A DNA stretch of 64,000 bases from an uncultured delta proteobacterium (GCA_963792965.1 CAWBYW010000025.1:11843-75842), one strand, 5' to 3'. Counted from the first letter of the stretch, positions 20,696-31,691 are shown. Notes: generated by a model not told the origin, from the sequence alone. Made by a program: numbers and translations.

Positions 20696-21811
20696 ATGAA
20701 ACACTCGATCGACCTGACGCCTTTTACCCGGGCCGTCAGCACCAAGACGGAGCGGCTGCGTCGCACTGCCAAAGACCGAAAGATTTTCGGTTGGTTCTGC
20801 ACCTACACCCCCATCGAGATGATCCATGCGGCGGGTTTTTTGCCCGTGCGGATCTCGGGCGGCACGGTGCGCATCAAGACCGCCAATAACCTTGTGCCGA
20901 CCTTCATCTGCCCCTACATGCGCGCGTCTCTGGAGCGGGCCCTCGGCGGCGAGTACGATTACCTCTCCGGGGTGATCCAGGGATACACCTGTGACGTGGC
21001 GTGCGGGATGGTCAACGTCTGGGCCGAGAACATCAAAGGCGAGCTCTCCCATACCATCCCCCTCCCCTACAACACGAGCAAAGAGTCGACCATATTCTAC
21101 CGTAAGACCCTTGAGGAGCTGACCGGGAAGCTCGCGTCCGTCGGCGGCGCCATGGATGACGCCTCGCTCGGCACATCCCTTGACCTGTTCCGCGACATCC
21201 GGACGTCCATGCGCAGCCTCTACGCGCTTCGCTCCCGTAACAGGCTTGCACTATCCGCCCGGGAGTTTTATACCGTGGTCGAGGCGGGCTTTTCACTGCC
21301 GCCCGAGGAGTACCGCACGATGCTGGCCGCGCTTCTTGAGTCGCTCGGGGACGGAGTCGCTGAAGGCCCCGAGGGGATCCCGGTGCTCGTCTCGGGCAGC
21401 CTCGTGGAGGAGCCGGCCGTCTACGACATCCTGGAGGCGTCGGGCGGACGCGTGGCCGCCGACGACCTCTGCACGGGATACCGTTTCATCGACCCACCGG
21501 ACGGTACGGGCCCGGACCCGATCGGGAGGCTGGTCGACCGATATCAGCGGCGCTTTCCGTGCCCGTCACGATCGACCGCCGCCGACCGGATGCCACCGAT
21601 GAAGGAGATCATCTCTCGCTCGGGGGCACGTGGAGTGATCTTTCTCTTCCAGAAATTCTGCACCCCGCATCTTTCGGACTATCCCGTCATGGTCGAGGAA
21701 TTAAGAAAGGAAGGCATCCCGACCCTCCTTGTCGAGATGGAGGAGACAGGGCTTGGCGAGGGTCAGCTGAAGACCCGACTTGAGGGCTTCTTTGAGATGA
21801 TCGGAGGCTGA
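20696..21811 (+). CDS. 2-hydroxyacyl-CoA dehydratase / benzoyl-CoA reductase subunit (BcrC/HgdB-like)
   Basis: GWFCTYTPIEMIHAAG, CPY, TCD, DDLCTG, KFCTPH, TRLEGFFE. Confidence 0.88.
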   Translation: MKHSIDLTPFTRAVSTKTERLRRTAKDRKIFGWFCTYTPIEMIHAAGFLPVRISGGTVRIKTANNLVPTFICPYMRASLERALGGEYDYLSGVIQGYTCDVACGMVNVWAENIKGELSHTIPLPYNTSKESTIFYRKTLEELTGKLASVGGAMDDASLGTSLDLFRDIRTSMRSLYALRSRNRLALSAREFYTVVEAGFSLPPEEYRTMLAALLESLGDGVAEGPEGIPVLVSGSLVEEPAVYDILEASGGRVAADDLCTGYRFIDPPDGTGPDPIGRLVDRYQRRFPCPSRSTAADRMPPMKEIISRSGARGVIFLFQKFCTPHLSDYPVMVEELRKEGIPTLLVEMEETGLGEGQLKTRLEGFFEMIGG

Positions 21812-21813
21812 CA

Positions 21814-23067
21814 ATGGAAAAGACCCGGAAATCGACCAAAAGGCTTGCGACGGCAAAAGAGCTCAGGGAGGTCGTCGCACAGTTTTACCTCGAGGGCCAC
21901 GAGGCCAAACGCATCGGGAAGCCCGTCGGCTGGATGCCGCCGATGAACGGCCTCATCGAGATCTTCTACGCCATGGATCTCATGCCGGTCTTCCCGGAGA
22001 ACTGGTCGCCGGTCTGCGCCGCCTTTGGGCTGACCGGAGAGGACTTCGAGCTCGCCGAATCGATGGGTTACTCTCGCGACCTCTGCGGGTACCTGAGGAA
22101 TATCGTGGGCTACATACACGGGATGATCGGCCGGGACGGCGTCCCGCTCGGAGGCCTGCCGGAGCCCGATATCGTTTTCACCGCCGGGGCGGGATGCATA
22201 CCGGCCATGAAGATCCTTCAGCTCATCGCGCGACGTTTTCCGAACGCGAAGGCCTTCAGGGCCGATCTCCCCCAGGTTCCCATCGAGGACATAAAGCAGT
22301 TCCACATCGACTATACCGTCAGCGAGATACACCGCATCATCAAATTCCTCACCGAGGTGACGGGGAAGAAGATGGACTACGATCGGCTCGCCGAGACGGT
22401 CCGGCTCTCGGATCAGGCCTGCGCCCTCTGGGACGAGATCACGAGCTACCGGACGAATATCCCCACACCACTGTCGGCCGCGGAGATAGGGATCATGTTT
22501 GTCATGGTCACCCGACAGGGCACCCAGATCGCCGTCGACTACCTCACAAAGGTTCGCGACGAGGTGAAAGAGCGCGCCCGTCAGGGGATCGGGATGATCG
22601 AAGAGGAAAAGGTCCGCCTCTTCTGGGACAACATCCCCCTCTGGTACAACATGGGGCTTTTCAACTACTTCGAGAAGATGGGCGGGGTCGTGGTGGCCGA
22701 GACCTATTCGGCGGCCTGGTCGATCAGGCTTGACGTCGATCATCCAATCGAGGCCCTCGCGATGAAGTCGCTGATGTCCTACCCGATGGTCTCCTGCGTC
22801 TCCATGAAGCGGAGAAAGGAGATGGTGATCAAGGCCTGCCGCGACTATAAGATCGACGGGGCGCTGCTTCACTCCAATAAGTCATGCGTGCCCATCACGA
22901 TGGGCCAGATGGATATCAAGCGGGCGCTTCAGGAAGAGCTTGGGATACCGTCAGTGGTGATTGACGCCGACCACATGGACGCCCGGAATTTTTCGGTGGC
23001 CCAGTTCGAGACGCGTGTCGACGCGTTCATGGAGATGTTGCTGGAAAAGAAGGGGCTGAGGGCGTAG
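21814..23067 (+). CDS. 2-hydroxyacyl-CoA dehydratase / benzoyl-CoA reductase subunit (BcrB/HgdA-like)
   Basis: FPENW, GYSRDLCGY, GGLPEPD, HSNKSC, DADHMDAR, TRVDAFME. Confidence 0.88.
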   Translation: MEKTRKSTKRLATAKELREVVAQFYLEGHEAKRIGKPVGWMPPMNGLIEIFYAMDLMPVFPENWSPVCAAFGLTGEDFELAESMGYSRDLCGYLRNIVGYIHGMIGRDGVPLGGLPEPDIVFTAGAGCIPAMKILQLIARRFPNAKAFRADLPQVPIEDIKQFHIDYTVSEIHRIIKFLTEVTGKKMDYDRLAETVRLSDQACALWDEITSYRTNIPTPLSAAEIGIMFVMVTRQGTQIAVDYLTKVRDEVKERARQGIGMIEEEKVRLFWDNIPLWYNMGLFNYFEKMGGVVVAETYSAAWSIRLDVDHPIEALAMKSLMSYPMVSCVSMKRRKEMVIKACRDYKIDGALLHSNKSCVPITMGQMDIKRALQEELGIPSVVIDADHMDARNFSVAQFETRVDAFMEMLLEKKGLRA

Positions 23068-23152
23068 TCTCGACAGGTTCGAGAATACCCTACACAAACA
23101 CGCGAGGGCGGCCGGTCGGCCGCCCCCGTTCTTTATCACGTATAGGAAGGGA

Positions 23153-23726
23153 CTATTGGTCCCTTCCTATTTCTCTTCGTATCTTTCCCAGTGCACGAAC
23201 TCCTTGACTTCTTTGCGATGGGGGCTTCCCCCCACCACGGCGGGGTAGCCCAGCGGGCGTCAGTGCGACCACACGCATCCCTTTCGGGACATCGAGGATC
23301 GCCTCGGCCTTGAACGCGTCCATCAATCCCACGTGCACGGTCCCAAGCCCCAGACCCCCACGCGGCAAGGCACAGGTTCTGCATCGCGACTCCCACGTCA
23401 TACATGAACCAATCTCCCTTGTCGGTGACCGCGCTTTCTTTATAGAAGCCGGCAAGCCCCTTCTTTGCCAAGGCGACCACGACCGCCGGCGCCTCGGCGA
23501 CGCCCCTCTTTGCGGGATTACCCTGGGCAAGCACCTCCCCGGCGATCCGCTCCTTGGTCTCCTTGTCTTTTACGACGATGAATTCCCAGCACTGGGTGTT
23601 GGCCCACGACGGCGCCCATCGGGCGGCCTCGAGGACCTCGGCCATGATGTCATCGGGTATCGGGTCGGGCTTGAACCGGCGGACGCTCCTCCGGGTCTTG
23701 ATCGCCTCCATCACATCCATATACAT
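23153..23726 (-). CDS. Nitroreductase family protein, frameshifted
   Basis: RRSVRRF, APSWANTQCWEF, then GLGTVHVG in the shifted frame. Confidence 0.88.
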
Positions 23727-23855
23727 ACCTCACTGTTCGGATCGAGTATCGATAGGAAGAAAACTCATATCACAACGGGGAAAACGTGTCAATGACAATA
23801 GGTGATGTGACTATTGCAGGAAATAATACGAAGAGGCAGAGAACCGTCGGCTCGC

Positions 23856-25596
23856 TCAGCGTAATAAATACCAGACCGACCCGATGATCCCCGCCAGGAT
23901 GAACTCGAAATCCACCACCACCTCAAAGGTGATCCCCTGGAAGATCACCCGACGGTGATAGAGCCAGAGTGCGAAAAGCGCGTACCCCGGAATGACGAGG
24001 AGCCACCAGCCGAGGGGCGCGATCATCCCGACAACGCAGGATGCCGCCAGCAGCGCCGCCGCGGCGATCGTGAGGACCACCACAAGCCGCTGGGTCCACT
24101 GTTTACCGATGATGATGGGGATCGTCTCCCTCCCGACGACGGCGTCTCCCTGGATGTCCCTGATATCGTAGAGGGAGGCCCGGATGAAGACGAGAAGGAA
24201 ACAGAACAGGAAGACCGAAAGGAACGTGGTAACGGAGATGTGGGATTGTTCGGAAAGGTACGGCACCGCCGCCGAGACCCCCGCCCAGGCTCCCGCCACG
24301 AAGAAGGTCTTGGATGCGGGGATATCCTTGAGGCGACGGTAGCGCAGGTACGACGAGACGGGTTTCGGGACGACCTTCACCGAAAACGCCACCCCCAGAA
24401 GTACCGCGGCCAGGACAAGCACACCGATGACCGGTGAAAGCAGCCAGGCAAGTCCCACCGAGCCGAGGCAGCTCACGACCGCGGCGACAAGCAGGCCACG
24501 ATGCCTGCCGGCGTAGAGCCGCTCGCGGGCGGGGTCGTTAAACCTCATCCCCTCCGTATCGGCCGCCCGGTTGATGACGTGCATCGCAAAGATGTAGAGT
24601 CCCGATATGAAAGGTATCGTCCAAAACGACTCGACGCCCATCAGGAGGGCCGCCGCGGCGGCAAGCCCCCCGGCGGCAAGGCCCGCATAGAGGTAGCCGA
24701 GCACCACGAACCGAACGAGGCTGGTGAGCCGCCTGAAAAGCCGCGTCCCCCCGCTCCCGTCGATATCGGCCAGGGCATCGCATACCTTCACGATTACCCA
24801 GTTCGGCGTGGAGGCCCCGGCGGTCAGACCCACCGTCTTGAAGCCGGTGAACTTCTTCGGGTCAAGCTCCGTCTCGTCCTCAATATGAAAGGAGGGTATG
24901 CCGCTTGCCCGCGCCGCCTCATAGAGGCGCTTCGTATTGCCGCTGTCTTTACCCCCCACCACGACGATCGCATCGACCCTTTTGGTGAGCTCTTTGACCT
25001 CGTCCTGGCGTCGCTTCGTCGAGTCACAGAGGGTATCGACCGCCTCGAGTAGTGCGTTTGGATAGCGGGCCGCGATCGCCTCGAGAATCCGCCTGAACAT
25101 TTCCTGGCCGAAGGTGGTCTGCGCCACCACCAGGACACGGTCCGCGTCCGGAAGGCCCGCGGCTTCTTCGGGGCTGCCCACAACCACGCCCCTCCCCTCG
25201 GTGTAGCCGAGTATGCCGGAGACCTCCGGGGTGGTCCCTGTCCCCCACCACCACGACGAGATAGCCCTGCTTATGGTGCTTCTTTGCCGCGGCGTGGATC
25301 TTCATGACCTTGGGACAGGTGGCGTCGACGATCTTCAGACGCGTGGCCCTGATACGCTCCCTATCCTGCGGAGATATTCCGTGGGCGCGGATGACGATCG
25401 TCCCCTCTTCTTGGGGAAGATGGGTGATCGAGGTGACGCCCTTTTCCCTGAGGAGCCGCACCACCTGGGGATTGTGAATCAGCGGCCCGTAGGTATATAT
25501 CGGCCCCTTCTCCCTCCTCAGGGTCGTAAAGGCCTTATTCATTGCCTGCCGGACCCCCATGCAGAAGCCGGCGCTATTGGCGACGATAACTCTCAT
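23856..25596 (-). CDS. ispH: IspH (LytB) fused to a UbiA-like prenyltransferase domain, frameshift near 25220
   Basis: AGFCMGV, LIHN, RAHG, DATCPKV, AQTT, TLCDST, SGNT, TAGASTP; same frame continues into a multi-TM domain with YDIRDIQGD. Confidence 0.9.
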
Positions 25597-25856
25597 AACG
25601 TTTCAGGCAAAAGAGGGAAGTAATCTCGGGCTCACGAGGAGAATGAAAAAGGCCCCTCGATCCGCTCCGCTTCTCGGCGGGGGAGTAGTTCCCCCCGCGC
25701 GCGTCAATGGTCTATTGTATCATGGAACGGGACGAGGTAGGCCGAAAAAGTCGTCCCAAGGTACGCCTCCCAGGGTCCGGAAATTGCCGTTTTGGACTTG
25801 ATTAATGGGATGAAGACGGGTAGTATACCCCCATACAAAAGGAGGAACCCGAAGAT

Positions 25857-26174
25857 ATGTATGTGCTGGCAAACCTCATCTACGCCCTGGCCGTGGTGCT
25901 CGATTACGCGATAACCGCCTATATCTGGATTATCATCATCCGCGCGCTCATCTCCTGGGTCAATCCGGACCCGTACAATCCCGTCGTCCGGTTCCTCTCT
26001 GCCGTGACCGATCCGGTGCTCGATCCGATCCGAAAAAGGCTTCCGTATCTCGGAGGAATCGACATCTCGCCCGTGATCGTGATCCTGATCCTCGTTTTCC
26101 TGCGTTACTTCCTCGTGCCGACGTTGATGCGCTTTGCCGTGAGCCTCGGGTACACCAGCTTCTTCGGGCTCTAA
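25857..26174 (+). CDS. yggT: YggT family membrane protein
   Basis: ALISWVNPDPYNPVVRFL..TDP..GGIDISP. Confidence 0.93.
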   Translation: MYVLANLIYALAVVLDYAITAYIWIIIIRALISWVNPDPYNPVVRFLSAVTDPVLDPIRKRLPYLGGIDISPVIVILILVFLRYFLVPTLMRFAVSLGYTSFFGL

Positions 26175-26474
26175 ATGCTCAAGATCACCGAAAAGGGAGA
26201 CGTCCTTATCCTGACCCTGTCGGTAAAGGCCGGGGCGCGGCACAACCGTGTCGTCGGAGAAAAGGACACAACCCTGTCGGTTGAGGTGACCGCCCCGCCC
26301 GTCGAGGGGAAGGCCAACAAGGCTGTCTGTATGCTGATTGCCGACTCGCTCGACGTGGCCCCCTCACGGGTGGCGATCGTCTCCGGTGAAAAATCGAAGC
26401 TCAAGAGGGTCTCGATATCGGGGGTTTTGCGCGCCGATATCGAGCGCCTCGGCGGCACAGCTACTCGGACTTGA
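26175..26474 (+). CDS. DUF167 (YggU) protein
   Basis: APPVEGKAN..GEKSKLK; adjacent to yggT. Confidence 0.9.
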   Translation: MLKITEKGDVLILTLSVKAGARHNRVVGEKDTTLSVEVTAPPVEGKANKAVCMLIADSLDVAPSRVAIVSGEKSKLKRVSISGVLRADIERLGGTATRT

Positions 26475-26649
26475 CCTTCTTCAGGTCGATGTCGGCCTTC
26501 TTGATTTCCCGGGCCAGGATGTTAAACATCGCCCCGAGTCCTTCGGCAAAACCTTCCGGGCTCTTTGCCGCGATCTCGATCTTGTCGGCAAACGCCACCA
26601 TGATGTCCTTGGCGATCTCGAGATAGAGCCCATCTTTCGTTTCGGTCAT
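26461..26649 (-). CDS. Small hypothetical protein
   Basis: MTETKDGLYLEIAKDI... with AAGGAGG RBS. Confidence 0.55.
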   Translation of the reverse strand: MTETKDGLYLEIAKDIMVAFADKIEIAAKSPEGFAEGLGAMFNILAREIKKADIDLKKVKSE

Positions 26650-26689
26650 CGGTTCCTCCTTACAAGTAGTGTCGTTTGGGATTGTCGCG

Positions 26690-28117
26690 TCATCTGCCCG
26701 CCCGTCGCTGTGCATCTAGTTGGACGCTGAAATAGAATCCTGTAGTCGGCCGGGGCGCATTCCCGTTCCTTTCCGGAAAGCTACCCGTCCATTCTCTCCA
26801 TGTCCGCGAAGGCTCGCCGGGATATTCTATGAATCTCCTCTCGAGGCTTGCCGACGCATCCGCCCCGACGTCCCGCGGCGCTACGCCCACGCCGATCCGC
26901 TCCGTTCGGCGAATCAGATAGAGCAGGAAAACGATAAGAAAGACAAGGATCACGATGACGATAATTCTGGCTTTCCTCCCTTTGGGCGGCGGGATTCTTT
27001 CTCCCCTGAGCTCGGCGACTCGCCGCTCGAGGCTCGGGTGAGACGCCTTTTCCGATCCCTTCTTATCGAACCGGCGGGGGAGCATGTTGAGATCATAGAT
27101 CTTCTCCAGCGCCGCGATTATCGGCTCGGGCCCTCCCATCAGCTCGGCCGATACCAGGTCGGCCGTCTTCTCGTACCGCCTGCTCAGCGCCTGAATCCCC
27201 ATCAGCAATAGGAAAAAGAAGACGATGGTGACAAGAATCGGCACGATGAACGTGTCGATGCCCGCCAGGATAAACGCGACACGCGGCACGACGACCCAGA
27301 TCGCAACGACGAAAAGCGCATAGAGCGAAAGGAAGAAGAACGTACGTGACTTTATCGTCTTCAGGTGTCCGATCTCGTGGGCGGCCACGGCTGAGACCTC
27401 CTCGCGCCCAAGGACGTTGATCAACGGCCGTGTGATGTAGACGATCCTGCCGGGCGCGGCAAAGGCATTCAGGAAGGGGTAGCCGAAGGTTTCCATGATG
27501 AGGGTCTTCACCCCATCGATGCCCGCCTTCCGGGCAAGGGCCGAGACATCCTGCGCAATCGCCTCCTCATCGCCCGCCCATACGAGTGCCCCCGTTACGT
27601 AGCCGACAAGCCTCATCTGGTAGAGGGACGCCAGGACGAACAGGGCAATACCCCCGATCATCACGCCGATACTCACCCACAAGATCGCGCCGTCCGGGCC
27701 CACAAAACCCAGCGGATAGTAGAGTAACGCAAGGGCCACAAAAAGCGAGAGCCAGCGGGAAAAGAAAAAGAAGAGCTGGAATCTGATGTATCCCCCAAGG
27801 TCAAAATCGATCCCCCGCACCCGCCGATCAACGAGCCCTAAGACGATCATGAAGGGTACAAACGTGACGATGACAAAGAGATACGAGATAAGTATCTTTG
27901 CCAGGGCGCCGAGGAAACCCGCGCCTAATGCGATCGTGACGAGTCCCCCGATCACGCAGATCAGATGGATGCTGTTGGCTCGGCTGACCACTTTCCAGCG
28001 TTTCCGCGCCCGCACCTCTCTGTCGTCGGGCATCCTTCGTAATGCCAGGAGATATGCCGCCAGCACGAAGGCGGAGGGTAAGAGCACCGCAACCGGAATA
28101 AGCCACAGGTAGTTCAT
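26690..28117 (-). CDS. M48 family membrane zinc metalloprotease
   Basis: NAFA, AHEIGH, SRRYEKTAD, SHPSLERR; multiple TMs; C-terminus uncertain. Confidence 0.88.
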   Translation of the reverse strand: MNYLWLIPVAVLLPSAFVLAAYLLALRRMPDDREVRARKRWKVVSRANSIHLICVIGGLVTIALGAGFLGALAKILISYLFVIVTFVPFMIVLGLVDRRVRGIDFDLGGYIRFQLFFFFSRWLSLFVALALLYYPLGFVGPDGAILWVSIGVMIGGIALFVLASLYQMRLVGYVTGALVWAGDEEAIAQDVSALARKAGIDGVKTLIMETFGYPFLNAFAAPGRIVYITRPLINVLGREEVSAVAAHEIGHLKTIKSRTFFFLSLYALFVVAIWVVVPRVAFILAGIDTFIVPILVTIVFFFLLLMGIQALSRRYEKTADLVSAELMGGPEPIIAALEKIYDLNMLPRRFDKKGSEKASHPSLERRVAELRGERIPPPKGRKARIIVIVILVFLIVFLLYLIRRTERIGVGVAPRDVGADASASLERRFIEYPGEPSRTWREWTGSFPERNGNAPRPTTGFYFSVQLDAQRRAGR

Positions 28118-28302
28118 TCAAAACATCCACGGGATTTTTTCTATAGTACGATGAAGGCCCGTGTCTTGTCAAGGCAAAGGAAACGTCTGATACGCCTGCG
28201 CGTAAGCCCGGAACACGAGCGGATAGTTTTGCGAAAAGGGGGATTTTCTGATACTATGATAGATAATCTTGAGCCGACCCCATCTCCCCGAGAGGAAGAG
28301 AC

Positions 28303-29220
28303 ATGCCCGACACCACCCATACACGCCCGCCCATCGAAACGGGCGATAGGCGCGACGCCGGCAGGTCTCTCATCACCGTCCTTTCGGGCCTTGCTGCCCG
28401 CAAGACCCGCGAGTTTGCCGACCGGCTCGTCGCGAGCCACGCCGCGATCCCCGAGCGGACCATGAGGACCAAGCGTCTTTCCCAGAAACTCGCCGCCGTC
28501 CCCGACGGGCTGCTGGTCGACGTCATCAACGATGTCGTTAATAACGCGCGCTCAGGCGACATCAAGAGCGCTCAGTTCATACTCTCGGCGGTGGATATCT
28601 TCATCGACCCGGCTGTTCCCTCGATGCGGCTCCTTTCCCTCTATCACCTTTCGATCAGCCGGGGATATACGCTGGCGGCCAACATCTTCATGTCACCTCT
28701 ACCCAAGAAAAAGCCGTACGGAGAATATGATTTCGTGGAAGGAAGGGATATGGACTACCTGACCCTCGGCGAGAAGCGGAGCCTTGCCCGAACCCACGTG
28801 AAAGACAGGCTCGACCGTCTCCTCTACGACACGAGTCCCCTTGTGGTGAGAAACCTTCTCGAAAACCCGACGGTAACTCTCCGGGACATCCTGAAGATGG
28901 TCTCCCGGCGGCCAAACAGCGAAAACGTTCTCGCCACCGTCTATCGGAGCGACCGATGGGTTTCCTCATACGAGGTGAAGTGCGCCATCGTCAGGAACCC
29001 CTATACGCCGGTGGCGCTGGCATTAGGCCTCCTCTTCTTTCTCAAGGAGCAGGACCTAAGGGAAGTATCGACGGACAAGGGCCTGCACGATGTGATCACG
29101 GACACCGCACGTGCGCTGCTCGCGCGTCGTGGGAGCAAGCATACGATCGGAAACTCCCGGGCCCATCGTAAAACCCTGACTCCGCTCCCGGTCCGAGAAC
29201 GGGCCTACCCTGCCCTCTGA
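28303..29220 (+). CDS. Hypothetical protein with helical (LRV-like) repeats
   Basis: LLYD..VVRNLLENP, AIVRNPYTP. Confidence 0.65.
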   Translation: MPDTTHTRPPIETGDRRDAGRSLITVLSGLAARKTREFADRLVASHAAIPERTMRTKRLSQKLAAVPDGLLVDVINDVVNNARSGDIKSAQFILSAVDIFIDPAVPSMRLLSLYHLSISRGYTLAANIFMSPLPKKKPYGEYDFVEGRDMDYLTLGEKRSLARTHVKDRLDRLLYDTSPLVVRNLLENPTVTLRDILKMVSRRPNSENVLATVYRSDRWVSSYEVKCAIVRNPYTPVALALGLLFFLKEQDLREVSTDKGLHDVITDTARALLARRGSKHTIGNSRAHRKTLTPLPVRERAYPAL

Positions 29221-29229
29221 GTTTCTCTT

Positions 29230-29394
29230 CTATTTGGGAGTGATGTCGATCTCGTCCTCACCCTTCAGGGACTTCTTGAAGTTCCTGATCCCCTTGCCGA
29301 TGCCGGCCCCGATCTCGGGAATCTTTCCGGCACCGAAGACGAAGACGACGATAATAAGGATGATAAGAAGCTCACCGAAACCCAATCCGAACAT
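29230..29394 (-). CDS. tatA: Second TatA/E (54 aa, absent from the ORF track)
   Basis: Manual translation [54 protein letters not shown]. Confidence 0.93.
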   Translation of the reverse strand: MFGLGFGELLIILIIVVFVFGAGKIPEIGAGIGKGIRNFKKSLKGEDEIDITPK

Positions 29395-29472
29395 ACTTTT
29401 CCTCGTGATAACCCGACCGGAACAATCCGCACATCAGGCACGGCCTGCCGGTAGGGTAAGTAGATTGTCAAG

Positions 29473-29570
29473 TGGCGGAAGCGCATGGGAATCGAACCCA
29501 CCTTGGACGTTTTTAGCGCCCATCACCGGATTTGAAGTCCGGGAGGCCCACCAGTGACCTTTCCGCTTCC
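29473..29570 (-). tRNA. selC: tRNA-Sec (anticodon TCA)
   Basis: GGAAGCGG..CCGGACTTCAAATCCGG..long variable arm..GGTTCGATTCCC..CGCTTCCGCCA; 98 nt, G discriminator. Confidence 0.95.
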
Positions 29571-29811
29571 ACTTCTTATTATATGGAAAGTAATCGAGCG
29601 GAGTCAATGCATTTCAGAGATTATTGAGCCGATTACGGGTAACGTCGGATTGCCGACCCATTGGCAATCGCCACGGTCTCAAGAAAGGGACTATCTGTAC
29701 CGATTGGTAATCTGTGAAAGGCTTGCTCTGGCGGCATCATGCACAGGAAGGGGCGCCCCCTTTTATGGGGGCGCCCCTCTTCTTACCCGATTTTGCTTTC
29801 TCACCCTTCCG

Positions 29812-31020
29812 CTATCTATCCCTGAACTTCATCCCCTCGTCGCAGTTGATAATCCCGGGCTCGATGGGGAGCTTACTGAGCACCTCGTTGCCCGTCTCCG
29901 TGATCACCAGCGGCCGCTCCATCCGGAAGCCCGCCACGCCGGGGCGGTTCATGATCACCGCGATCATCTGCATATAGCCCGGCTCGAGGATGAAATCCGG
30001 CTCGTTGTTTCCCGGCGACGGCGTTTCGGCCACGCAGGGGTACCACTCGTTTCCGAGGTGCCCGATGCCGTGCCCGTAGCCGGGCAGCGCCCACGCGCTC
30101 CAGTTGTTCTTTGCCACAAATTCGTGGACGGCAAGGGTCACCTGCTTGAGGCTCTTTCCCGGCTTCATCTCGTCGATGAGCTTGTAGGCCGTCTCCGTAT
30201 AGGCCGTCATGACCTCCCGCTGCTCCTTCGTGGGTTTGCCCATGATGTAGTTGTGGGAGACGTCGCCGAGGAAGAGGCCGTACATCCCGTGCAGGTCCAC
30301 GAGGACCGGCTCGCCCAGCTGCACGAGACGGTCGGTGGCGGGGGTGCACCCCCCGAGCGGCCACCAGGTGCGCTCGCCCGAGGCGATCTCCTGGCCGCCC
30401 GTGAACGTCCAGGCGAACTCGCTGCCGGCGTCCCGCATCACCTTCTCCGCGATCCCGGCGATCTGTTTTTCGCTCATGCCGATGGTGAGTCCCTGCCTGA
30501 CCGCCTCGTGGGCCTTGTCGACGATGGCGGTGGCCTGCCGCATCAGCTTGATCTCGGCCGGCTCCTTGATGATGCAGAGACGATCGGTGATCTCGACGCA
30601 GTTGACGAACTCGGCCTTCGGGAAGGCGGCCTTGAGCGTCTCGTACTCGTGGTGGGTGATGAACCCCTCGGGGAGGTAGTTTGTGGTGCCGTCCTCATAG
30701 CCGATGGTGCCGCCGTCGCCGGCGATGTCGGCGATCTTCGTTTTGATGACGTCAAAAAAGTCGATCCCCGGCAGCGCCCCGTAGCCGGCCACGTCTTCGA
30801 TCCAGCTCTCATCTTTGAGCCGCCCGAAGTCCAACAGCGGCGTGACGAGCGTCGGCTCACCCTTGGCCGGAATGATCAGCGCGCTCCTCCACGGGACGAA
30901 CCCCCCCGACCAGTGGGTGATCGTCTTCAGGCGCGTCCCGACCAGCACGTCCACCCCCTTTTTTGAAAGCTCCTCCTGGATCTTCTTGATCCGCTTGGGG
31001 AAATTGATGTAGACCATCAT
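29812..31020 (-). CDS. M24 (Xaa-Pro) peptidase family protein
   Basis: Creatinase-like N-domain; IKEPAEI, VDL..GDVS, GHGIG, RMER. Confidence 0.85.
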   Translation of the reverse strand: MMVYINFPKRIKKIQEELSKKGVDVLVGTRLKTITHWSGGFVPWRSALIIPAKGEPTLVTPLLDFGRLKDESWIEDVAGYGALPGIDFFDVIKTKIADIAGDGGTIGYEDGTTNYLPEGFITHHEYETLKAAFPKAEFVNCVEITDRLCIIKEPAEIKLMRQATAIVDKAHEAVRQGLTIGMSEKQIAGIAEKVMRDAGSEFAWTFTGGQEIASGERTWWPLGGCTPATDRLVQLGEPVLVDLHGMYGLFLGDVSHNYIMGKPTKEQREVMTAYTETAYKLIDEMKPGKSLKQVTLAVHEFVAKNNWSAWALPGYGHGIGHLGNEWYPCVAETPSPGNNEPDFILEPGYMQMIAVIMNRPGVAGFRMERPLVITETGNEVLSKLPIEPGIINCDEGMKFRDR

Positions 31021-31053
31021 GGCGATGCCTCCTGTCCTTGTTGCGAACAACGA

Positions 31054-31689
31054 TCAACACGACACACGTGATTGACCCTTTAAACTCCGATACACCTCCA
31101 TCCCCTTGTCCGTCAGGACCCCCCGGATGGCGATGTCGACAAACTGATCGAACACCTCGCGGCCGCTGGTAGTCCGGGTCTCGATGTAGCTGCCCACGAT
31201 GAACATCTTATAGACCGAAAAGAAGAGGTGACTCACGCGATCGATATCGACGGGCCGAAGGAGCCCTGCCGCCTGTCCCTCCGAAAGCAGGCGATGGATC
31301 ATCGCCTTGGACGCATCATTGATCGTCTCGAAGCTGTCCCCGGAAAAGAGGGGGAAGATGCCGGGATCGTTCTTGAGCATGGCGGCAAATTCCGGGTCTC
31401 GGGAGAGGTAGTCAAAGCTCGCGTGGGAGAGGACAACGAGGGCCGCGAGGGGGTTTGTCTCTTCTTGGGCCGCCGAAAAGGCCGCTTCCTGCCACCGCAA
31501 GAGCCCCCGGGCCGCCGCCGCCTCATAGAGCGCGCGTTTATCCTCAAAATAGCGGAAGAGCGCGGCGGGCGTGATGCCGATGAGGTCGGCAATATCGGCA
31601 AGGGAGGTCTTTTTATAGCCGAATCGGGCAAAGAGGCCGATGGCGGCGTCGAGTATCTCTTCTTTTCGGGGTGAATTGTCCTTTGCCAT
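31054..31689 (-). CDS. TetR/AcrR family regulator
   Basis: ILDAAIGLFARFGYKKTSLADIA..ALFRYFEDK helix-turn-helix. Confidence 0.92.
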   Translation of the reverse strand: MAKDNSPRKEEILDAAIGLFARFGYKKTSLADIADLIGITPAALFRYFEDKRALYEAAAARGLLRWQEAAFSAAQEETNPLAALVVLSHASFDYLSRDPEFAAMLKNDPGIFPLFSGDSFETINDASKAMIHRLLSEGQAAGLLRPVDIDRVSHLFFSVYKMFIVGSYIETRTTSGREVFDQFVDIAIRGVLTDKGMEVYRSLKGQSRVSC

Positions 31690-31691
31690 AG

